A DNA stretch of 41,127 nt from positions 1 to 41,127 of the forward strand of contig CAYUNA010000001.1 in NCBI GenBank assembly GCA_964445895.1, read 5' to 3'. The translations under genes and the position numbers were made by a program. Below the pieces are notes generated by a model, which was given only the letters and a program-made list of their open reading frames with translations, made no database searches and was not told where the DNA came from. Source of the DNA: an uncultured Saprospiraceae bacterium. GTDB lineage: Bacteria > Bacteroidota > Bacteroidia > Chitinophagales > Saprospiraceae. This document shows positions 26,274-33,528 of this stretch, one piece after another (within the stretch, counting starts at the first letter, position 1; every line of letters begins with the position of its first letter).

Positions 26274-28427
26274 ATGAACCATCAGACAAACAATATAGTA
26301 GATTTTCTACCAATAGAGAAAATTTTTCTTGACCCTAATAATTATCGCTTTATTGATAATAGAAGTTATCAGAAAGTAGATGATAGTGCTATTACAAATC
26401 AGCGTATTCAAGAAAGAACTTTTAATTTTATCGTTGGTAAAAATAACGAGGGGATTCGTGATTTGATTAAGAGTTTTAGAAATAATGGCTATCTAAACGG
26501 AGACCAAATACATGTCCAAAAGATTAGTGATGATGAGTACAAAGTAATTGAAGGGAATAGGAGAATTGCAACTTTAAAGTTTTTACAAAACCGATACGAA
26601 AAAGGCATTAGTATTGGGCAATTAGACCCTAGCATCTTTCAGAATATCCCTGTAATGCTTTATGATGATAAAGATTCACAGCATTATAGAGTTATCATGG
26701 GATTGCAGCATATCACTGGTAAAAAAAAGTGGTCTCCAGTTAATCAAGCTCAATTAATTAAAGATTTGATAGATGGAGGAATGTCAGAAGAAGCCGTAGT
26801 TGATGCCCTTGGTACAACTAAGCATTTTTTGCGGAGGACGCTTCGCGCTTTATCGCTTATCAATGCCTACAAAGATAGTGATTATGGCGACCAATTTACT
26901 GCTGAAATGTACAATATTTTCCATGACGCAGTTAATTCCCAGCCTATAAAAAGTTGGTTAGCTTGGGATGATTTTACAAAGAAACCTACAAATGCTGATA
27001 ACGCAGAACGTTTTTTCTCTTGGCTCTCAAAGCCTGAAATTATTGAAAATGACGGCGAAAGAAAGATTTTAGACCCCATTATTCAAAAAGGTAGTGATGT
27101 TAGAGATATAGCAAGGTTTATCCATGATGATAAAGCATTAGAATGGATGGAAGACACTCGACAAATTAGCGATGCTTATTTAAGTGGAGGGTCAATTGGC
27201 AAAGAAAAATTTAATAATACCTTATTTCAAATTGACAAATACTTTGATTCTGCTATTCCATTTGCGACTTACGCAGATGGTTCATCTAAAGAGAAATTAG
27301 AAGAAATCCAAAAGAAATTAAGAATGCTTTTAGCTTCTCAAAATATATCATCTTCCGAGGTGGTGGTAGGTCAAAATGGTCAAGCAGAAGTTTTATTAGA
27401 TTTAAAGAGTAGTAAACAATTTTCTGAAATATTAATAAAGAAGTATAAGCAGTTCAACCATCTGAAAATAGAAAGTCTTAATCGAGTCAATATTTTTGCG
27501 GGTATCAATAACATTGGCAAATCCTCTTTGTTAGAAGCTATTTTGTTACTTTCTCGGCAAAATGATATTAATGGTTTTTTAAATATTCAACGAAGAAGAG
27601 GGAAATTTCTCAATAATGCTATTCCATCTAACTGGTTAAACAAAATTTTTATTGAACCAATCGAAATTGAAGGCTACTTTTGGAATAGCCCTGTCTCTAT
27701 AAAAATCGAAAAACGAACAGAAGATGAAGAACACTTAGATAAAACTGCTTACTTAAATTCTGTATTTATCAAAGGTCAATTTGCTGATGACCATTTTGAA
27801 AGTTACATGCGGCTTTACGGAAATAAACCGAGTGAACTATTTTACAAAAATATTAAAATACTTTGTCCAAGTGTTTATTCTACACCTTTTGCCATGCAAT
27901 TGGGCAATGATTTATATGATGCTCATGAAGCAAGCATTACCTCAAAATCTTATGATAAAATTTTAGAATTTATTCAGAGTTCTATTGACGGAGGTATTTT
28001 GGATATAAATCTTGTCAATCCCGACGACCTTAGAAGATTCGAGGTTAATCACGATTATTTTGAGGAAACTATTGACCTTACGCAGTTTGGAGAAGGCTTA
28101 CAAAGGATATTTTACATTGCTCTACTGTTTGCAAAAGCCCGCAATGGCATCGTACTGATAGATGAAATTGAAACAGCTATTCATTATTCACTTTTAGTCC
28201 AATTTACTAAGTTTATTCAAAAATTAGCAGAAGATTACAACGTGCAGGTTTTTGTCTCGTCTCACAGTAAAGAGTGCATCAACGCATTCTTAGAGAACGG
28301 ATATGAGAACGAAACTATATCGGGGTATCATTTAGAGAAAAAGAATGGAGAGATTGTCTGTCAGCAAGTAACAGGAGAGCGTTTTTCTCGCTTGATTCAA
28401 AATTTCAATTACGATTTAAGAGGCTAA
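26274..28427 (+). CDS. Fusion protein: ParB/Srx-like N-domain + HTH + ABC-type AAA ATPase (AAA_21-like)
   Basis: The ORF track gives 26208-28427 and the likely start is MNHQTNN. LPIEKIFLDPNNYRF and VIEGNRRIATLKFL are ParB-box-like. C-terminal half: Walker A GINNIGKSSLLEA, signature-like QFGEGLQRIF, Walker B IVLIDEIETAIH, and VFVSSHSKE. Confidence 0.85.
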   Translation: MNHQTNNIVDFLPIEKIFLDPNNYRFIDNRSYQKVDDSAITNQRIQERTFNFIVGKNNEGIRDLIKSFRNNGYLNGDQIHVQKISDDEYKVIEGNRRIATLKFLQNRYEKGISIGQLDPSIFQNIPVMLYDDKDSQHYRVIMGLQHITGKKKWSPVNQAQLIKDLIDGGMSEEAVVDALGTTKHFLRRTLRALSLINAYKDSDYGDQFTAEMYNIFHDAVNSQPIKSWLAWDDFTKKPTNADNAERFFSWLSKPEIIENDGERKILDPIIQKGSDVRDIARFIHDDKALEWMEDTRQISDAYLSGGSIGKEKFNNTLFQIDKYFDSAIPFATYADGSSKEKLEEIQKKLRMLLASQNISSSEVVVGQNGQAEVLLDLKSSKQFSEILIKKYKQFNHLKIESLNRVNIFAGINNIGKSSLLEAILLLSRQNDINGFLNIQRRRGKFLNNAIPSNWLNKIFIEPIEIEGYFWNSPVSIKIEKRTEDEEHLDKTAYLNSVFIKGQFADDHFESYMRLYGNKPSELFYKNIKILCPSVYSTPFAMQLGNDLYDAHEASITSKSYDKILEFIQSSIDGGILDINLVNPDDLRRFEVNHDYFEETIDLTQFGEGLQRIFYIALLFAKARNGIVLIDEIETAIHYSLLVQFTKFIQKLAEDYNVQVFVSSHSKECINAFLENGYENETISGYHLEKKNGEIVCQQVTGERFSRLIQNFNYDLRG

Positions 28428-28438
28428 TCATCATTCCT

Positions 28439-29254
28439 ATGAAAATAATAATTACGCTTTGCGAAGGGCCGCACGATGTTGAATTTTTATATAAGATATT
28501 AAGGACAACAGGTTATCGAACTTACGGCAAAAAGGTGGAAGAACTCCCCGTTTTTTTGAAAGAGCATGTATTAAGTGCTTTTAGGAAATTTCCTTATGAG
28601 GAAAAGAATCTTTATGAAAGACCTGTTTTACCTACTTTGGGCTACCATGAAGCTAAAGATATTTTAATGATGTTTTATGCACTTGGGGGAGATGGAAAAA
28701 TTGATGAAGCTAATTTTGTTATTCGAGCATTCCAAGATTTGATTATTACTAAAATACATGGCCAAATTGACATGGGATTGGCTTTTATTTATGATGCTGA
28801 TGATGACGGTGTTGCTTCGCGAGTAAACAATATCAAAACGAATTTCAGAAGATTACTTCCCGAAATAGAAAACATTGACCACAACAAAGTAATTAGTGGA
28901 AACGAGTATCAGGCAATTGGTGCTTATATTTTTTCAAATGGAGATGGAATTGGAAAATTAGAAGATATCCTACTACCTCTAATGAAGGAAGATAATGAAC
29001 CCATATTTGATGATGCCCAAAAGTACTTGAATGACCATTTCGATGATACACGATTTAAAAATCCGCGAGATATGAGGAAGTATTATGACCATAAAAAGTC
29101 CCTTATAGGTATGGCAGGACAATTGCAGCGTTCAGGACGAAACAATACAATGATTATTAAAGATTCGGATTATATCACGACAGAAAAAATTGAGGGACAT
29201 GCTACTTGCATGGAAATTCTAGCCTTTTTTGATAATGTATATAACAATATCTAG
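28439..29254 (+). CDS. 271-aa Toprim-like partner protein (DUF4276/OLD-Toprim-like, guess)
   Basis: MKIIITLCEGPHDVEFLYKIL carries the conserved Glu in a strand-EG context. FIYDADDDG is a DxD-type motif at aa 119-123. It starts 11 nt after the ATPase stop. Confidence 0.8.
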   Translation: MKIIITLCEGPHDVEFLYKILRTTGYRTYGKKVEELPVFLKEHVLSAFRKFPYEEKNLYERPVLPTLGYHEAKDILMMFYALGGDGKIDEANFVIRAFQDLIITKIHGQIDMGLAFIYDADDDGVASRVNNIKTNFRRLLPEIENIDHNKVISGNEYQAIGAYIFSNGDGIGKLEDILLPLMKEDNEPIFDDAQKYLNDHFDDTRFKNPRDMRKYYDHKKSLIGMAGQLQRSGRNNTMIIKDSDYITTEKIEGHATCMEILAFFDNVYNNI

Positions 29255-29270
29255 AAACTTTCTATTTTCC

Positions 29271-30101
29271 TTACCCAATTATCTTAATCTGCTTTGTAAT
29301 CAACTGACTGGCAGGAATCACCAATCGTTCTTTTTCATTGATTTGAATGGTCACCGAAATATTGGTCATTTTTACAATTTTTCCTTGTTGCCCATCGATT
29401 TCTATGGTCTGCCCTATCGCAAAATTGCGGCGACTAAAAAAGCTACCCAAGATACTGGAAAGGACATCACGCGAGGCAAAGCCGTAAGAAATTGCTGCGG
29501 ATAACATAATAGAGCCGATAATCAATAATAGGTTAGAAGTAATGATGCTGGTGTCAATGCCTGCCTGACTTAATGCCGTCAATGTGACCATTGTAGCCAA
29601 AAGGTAAAATATAAAACTACTGATGACCCGACCAGCACTGATGCCCAAAGTCTGGGTTGCGCCACGAATGACATCGCGGATAAAGGAGGCAATGTAAATC
29701 CCGATAATGAAGAAAACGATGGCAGCTAATAATTGCGGCAAATACCCTAAAAGTTTGGAGATTTCATCTGATACGGCAGACCAGCCCAAAGCATCTGCTG
29801 CGGTAATAAAGACCAACAATAGCAAGAGCCAATAGATGAATTTGCCAATCAATACGCTGGGGGAAAGGGTTATATTGGCTTTGGTCAAGAAGTCTTTGAC
29901 ATTGACGTTTTCTGCGAGTTTGTTGAATTTGATGACTTTGAGAAGTCGCTCAATGCCTGTAGCAATAATTTTTGCGAATAACCATCCGAATAATAAGATG
30001 AATATTGCGCCGATAATGCCGGGGATAGCAGCCATTAATGTTTTTCCAAAGGTGGTTAAGGATTCAAAAAGTAATTCCGTCCACGTGGTTACTTCGTTCA
30101 T
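29271..30101 (-). CDS. MscS-related membrane protein with repeated TM-helix motif
   Basis: 276 aa and polytopic. C-terminal FAIGQTIEIDGQQGKIVKMTNISVTIQ is an MscS-type beta-domain start. It is the last gene of the sigma operon. Confidence 0.8.
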   Translation of the reverse strand: MNEVTTWTELLFESLTTFGKTLMAAIPGIIGAIFILLFGWLFAKIIATGIERLLKVIKFNKLAENVNVKDFLTKANITLSPSVLIGKFIYWLLLLLVFITAADALGWSAVSDEISKLLGYLPQLLAAIVFFIIGIYIASFIRDVIRGATQTLGISAGRVISSFIFYLLATMVTLTALSQAGIDTSIITSNLLLIIGSIMLSAAISYGFASRDVLSSILGSFFSRRNFAIGQTIEIDGQQGKIVKMTNISVTIQINEKERLVIPASQLITKQIKIIG

Positions 30102-30125
30102 TTAAAATGTTTTTTATTTGCCAGT

Positions 30126-30359
30126 TTAGAACTCATCTTCATCATCTTCTCCTTCGGCTAAATCAAAGAAAGCAGCTTCCGTTTTTGTAAATTTATCCGT
30201 AAATAAATCTGCTATATCCCCAATCAAATTGAGGGTGTCGAGGGTTTTAAACACCTCCTTTTTAAGTTCTTCGGGTGCATCTTCTTTCGGTATCAGTGCT
30301 TTGAATTTTTCTTCGAGATGCTTTTGGATGTCACTTTTTTCATTCTTCATCTTGTGCAT
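30126..30359 (-). CDS. 77-aa acidic soluble protein (position of an anti-sigma/regulatory partner)
   Basis: Overlaps the sigma gene by 20 nt. No TM. C-terminus DLAEGEDDEDEF. Confidence 0.6.
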   Translation of the reverse strand: MHKMKNEKSDIQKHLEEKFKALIPKEDAPEELKKEVFKTLDTLNLIGDIADLFTDKFTKTEAAFFDLAEGEDDEDEF

Positions 30360-30930
30360 TTTTTAAAAGTTCGGCCAATCGGTCACGACTACGTCTGAGC
30401 CGCATTTTGACGGCACTTTCACTAATTTTCAAAGTTTGTGCAATTTGCCTGACAGACATACTATCCTGGTAGCGCATCAACAGAATCATTTTGTCGTCTC
30501 CTTTCAGTTCTTTTAACAACAATTCTAACTGATTAAGTTGGATTTCTTTTAGGACTTTATTTTCCAGTTCAATTTCGTCGGCTGCCACTTGGTCATAATC
30601 ACTAGCATCTAACTGTCCAAATTTAAGCCTTTTTTTCTTTTTTAAATAATCCATGCAATAATTATAAGTAATGGATTTGACCCAAAAAGAAAAATCAGAA
30701 GTGCCTTTAAACTTGGCCAGATTCATGAAAATCTTGATGATAATATCGTGTGAGAGGTCTTTAGCCACGTCGCGGTCTTTGGTGATACTGAGACATTTAT
30801 AGAATACTTTATCGGCATATCGCTCATAAAGAATTTCGAGCAACTGCTTTTCACCTTGCAATACTTTTTGAATAATGTCCCAATCTGACCAATCCTTTGC
30901 GGTGGCTTTTTCTACTTTTTGTAAAATCAT
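30340..30930 (-). CDS. ECF-type RNA polymerase sigma-70 family factor
   Basis: 196 aa. Region 2-like DVAKDLSHDIIIKIF...FSFWVKSITYNYCMDYLKK and region 4 HTH MSVRQIAQTLKISESAVKMRLRRSRDRL. Confidence 0.9.
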   Translation of the reverse strand: MILQKVEKATAKDWSDWDIIQKVLQGEKQLLEILYERYADKVFYKCLSITKDRDVAKDLSHDIIIKIFMNLAKFKGTSDFSFWVKSITYNYCMDYLKKKKRLKFGQLDASDYDQVAADEIELENKVLKEIQLNQLELLLKELKGDDKMILLMRYQDSMSVRQIAQTLKISESAVKMRLRRSRDRLAELLKNAQDEE

Positions 30931-30947
30931 TTAAGTGAAATATGAAG

Positions 30948-30955
30948 CAAAGGTA
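30948..30955 (-). promoter_or_regulatory. Bacteroidota -7 box (TACCTTTG) for the sigma operon
   Basis: Matches TAnnTTTG on the minus strand, 17 nt upstream of ATG 30930. Confidence 0.4.
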
Positions 30956-30961
30956 AACAAA

Positions 30962-30991
30962 TGTGACCAAATATCTAATTGAGGTCTTTAT
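30962..30991 (+). promoter_or_regulatory. Bipartite motif copy D (TGTGACC-N15-GTCTTTAT), divergent from the sigma gene
   Basis: Exact match on the plus strand. MITE copy 2 starts 18 nt downstream. Confidence 0.4.
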
Positions 30992-31009
30992 AAAAAAAAT
31001 CAAGTATAA

Positions 31010-31168
31010 GGGAGTTTGTAAAAAATAATCTACCCACTCTGACTCGTCCTTTTTCCATTTAAGAAACTTAAAAAAGGCTCAAATAACCAGTTATGCTCGC
31101 ATTTTTTAAATTCCTTAAATGAAAAAATTACTTCGTCATAATGGGTACCTTATTTATTACAAACTCCC
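31010..31168. mobile_element. 159-bp palindromic MITE-like element, copy 2
   Basis: Same TIRs as copy 1. Flanked by a direct TAA/TAA. Confidence 0.7.
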
Positions 31169-31237
31169 TAAATACCCTTTGGAAATGGGTATCAAACCTC
31201 AAAACCTCAAAATAAAGAAGACCATGAAATTACCAAT

Positions 31238-32236
31238 TTGCCAACTCTCCAAAACAAGTATATAGAAAAATTCTATTCACTAAAAGATAATTTATCAGAG
31301 ACCCCTAATAAGTTTAGAAGGTTTGGAAATAAAAAAACTTATTATGCACCTCATGTTTTGCTAAAAAAAGGATTGAACAAGAATGAAATTTGTGCTTCAT
31401 TTGTTGATTTTGATTGTGCATTTAGAGACGGCTGCTATGGTATCCAGGCCCCTCTTAATGAAGTTGATAAGTTAAAATTTTTGACAGTCTATTTTAATTC
31501 TTCATTAGTTTCTTATTTTTTATTTTTAAGTATTTCATCTTTAGGTATTGAAAGAGAGCAGATAATGCTTGAAGAGTATCTACAACTTCCCAATATTTTT
31601 GAAAAGACTTCTATATCAAAAATGTCCCAAATCAATGATTTATTTGATTCAATAATCGAATTAAAAAAAGATTTAATACCTAATAAATCTTCTATATTCT
31701 ATGAGTTAAAGTCTAAATTAGACAGCTTAATTCTTGCCTCATTAAATCTTACAAAAATTGACGCTATCTTAATTGATTGCTTACTTAATAGTGAACTTAG
31801 CAGCTTTATTAACAAACAAAAATCTATCGCTTACCATCCTTGCCAACTTGACGATACAATAAAATACGCCAAATATCTCAATAAAACCATCAATGAGTTT
31901 TTGGATTATGACGATGAATTAGTTGCTTGGTCAACGGTGTTTGAATTGAGTCATCGGATTCCTTTAAATGTCACCGTTTTAAATTTGAACAATCAGAAAG
32001 CGGCAGATACTGTTGTCAATTTATCAGAGCAAGAAATCGGGCAAATTCTAAAAGCAATGGAGCGACACACCTACAAAAAATTTGCAGAAAGCATCTATTT
32101 TAGACGATTTTTCCGCTACTATGATGACGATAAAATCTATATCATCAAACCGAACGAAAAACGTTTTTGGTCTCGCTCAATAGCCATCAATGACGCAGAC
32201 GAACTCATTGTAGAAATGCTAAACCAAATGAAATGA
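31238..32236 (+). CDS. 332-aa ORF resembling the TaqI_C-like C-terminal module of type IIG/gamma N6-adenine methyltransferases; no catalytic domain, possibly a 5'-truncated remnant
   Basis: The frame opens at TTG with no in-frame ATG near the 5' end. PHVLLKKGLNKNEICASFVDFDCAFRDGCYGIQ and LTVYFNSSLVSYFLFL...LEEYLQLP fit the TaqI_C pattern by eye. No NPPY/DPPY or FxGxG motif is present. Confidence 0.5.
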   Translation: MPTLQNKYIEKFYSLKDNLSETPNKFRRFGNKKTYYAPHVLLKKGLNKNEICASFVDFDCAFRDGCYGIQAPLNEVDKLKFLTVYFNSSLVSYFLFLSISSLGIEREQIMLEEYLQLPNIFEKTSISKMSQINDLFDSIIELKKDLIPNKSSIFYELKSKLDSLILASLNLTKIDAILIDCLLNSELSSFINKQKSIAYHPCQLDDTIKYAKYLNKTINEFLDYDDELVAWSTVFELSHRIPLNVTVLNLNNQKAADTVVNLSEQEIGQILKAMERHTYKKFAESIYFRRFFRYYDDDKIYIIKPNEKRFWSRSIAINDADELIVEMLNQMK

Positions 32237-32904
32237 GTGGAAAAATTAACGCTAAAATCCTTCTAAAGTTTTATGAAAAAACAAGACACTGGTGTCATAA
32301 AGCAGTAGTTGAAGGTTACCAAAAATTACAGGTGAATGGTATTGATTATCGGGAATTTGAGGAAGAAGATATTAGTAAAGCATTGTATGAAGAAATGGTT
32401 GAGTTACCATTGGTAAAAGAAAAACAAATTACCATTGTTCCAGAATTTCGATTGTACGGCAAAAAATACTCTAATAAAGATGCTAATGCCAAACGGTCAG
32501 ATAGAATTGATTTTCGATTTTCGAAGTGGAAGCAACAAAAGCAATTAGAGTATTTTGGAGAAGCGAAAAACCTTTCCTTGAACAATTGGACTAAAAGCTC
32601 TAATTCGACCCCAGTAAACGCCAGTTATTATAGAGGTCGATACATTGATACGGGCATCAAACATCTACTTTCGGGTAGTTATTCTCTGTTGACAGGTTTT
32701 CTAATTGGTTATGTGGTTAATGGTTCAGCCAATAATAATCTTGAAGCACTTAATAGACTTATAACTAAACGGAAACTCCAACCTGCTATCGGAATGATTG
32801 AGCAACAAAAAACTATTGGTGGCCATTTCGATTGTTATTCTTCGGAAAATCAAATGGTAGGAAAATCGGTCGGTTTAGACCATATTTTTCTACCATTTGA
32901 TTGA
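32233..32904 (+). CDS. 223-aa protein with PD-(D/E)xK-like nuclease motif
   Basis: The ATGA overlap with the previous ORF suggests translational coupling. IVPEF ... SDRIDFRF ... FGEAKNL fits the E / D / ExK arrangement. Confidence 0.65.
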   Translation: MSGKINAKILLKFYEKTRHWCHKAVVEGYQKLQVNGIDYREFEEEDISKALYEEMVELPLVKEKQITIVPEFRLYGKKYSNKDANAKRSDRIDFRFSKWKQQKQLEYFGEAKNLSLNNWTKSSNSTPVNASYYRGRYIDTGIKHLLSGSYSLLTGFLIGYVVNGSANNNLEALNRLITKRKLQPAIGMIEQQKTIGGHFDCYSSENQMVGKSVGLDHIFLPFD

Positions 32905-32911
32905 ATCTATT

Positions 32912-33397
32912 TTACTCATCAACCACTTTCTTCACCACTAAAATTACCGTTCCCACCTTCCCAAAGGTATGATAAATCGGCATACTCGTCACCATTTCTG
33001 TTTCACTACTGCCCCACCCCATTGCTGGATTAGTGGCATCAAAATCTGGGAAAATTTGTTGGATGTTGCGAGCTTCAAATTTAGCATTGGTGGCGTATTT
33101 AATTGCTCCATTTTGGTCGCAAAGTAAGATGCCACTGACATTTTTTTCGCTAAGAATGCTTGCAAAAACGTCTTTTGCATCGGTCGAGATGCCATTGAGT
33201 AGTACGTCTTTTCCAGTGATGGCGAGTATTTTTAAGACCGTTTTGGAGCTTAACAATTCCTGATTGAAGAATTGCTGATAAGCTGCTGCTACCGTATCTG
33301 CTTGGTTATTTCCGAAGGAAAAACTATCGAAAAAACCTTGCTTGGGTGTAAGCTTTGGTTCATCGGTTTCCGCCAATTCAGCAACGGGATGGGTCAC
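32912..33397 (-). CDS. 161-aa hypothetical protein (PAS/Cache-like fold guess)
   Basis: ATG ORF with no signal peptide. GILLCDQNGAIKYATN ... IYHTFGKVGTVILVV resembles sensor-fold strands. Confidence 0.6.
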   Translation of the reverse strand: MTHPVAELAETDEPKLTPKQGFFDSFSFGNNQADTVAAAYQQFFNQELLSSKTVLKILAITGKDVLLNGISTDAKDVFASILSEKNVSGILLCDQNGAIKYATNAKFEARNIQQIFPDFDATNPAMGWGSSETEMVTSMPIYHTFGKVGTVILVVKKVVDE

Positions 33398-33528
33398 AAT
33401 TTTTTTTTGGGTGAGGGAATAATAATAGTGCTAAATGGATTAGCTAATTTGACAACTTATTATCAAAAATAAATTATATCTTGCGGCGGCGAAAAGATGA
33501 CTTTTAACCTTCATAATCTTAACCAAAA

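Noticed and set aside
6607-30991. Reading the TGTGACC-N15-GTCTTTAT motif in the opposite orientation, or as the Bacteroidota sigma-A promoter, or as a palindromic transcription-factor operator.
   Set aside because: In the opposite orientation, several copies would fire into the 3' ends of convergent genes. The motif does not match TTG/TAnnTTTG, and separate TAnnTTTG boxes exist for other genes here. The two half-sites are not inverted or direct repeats of each other.
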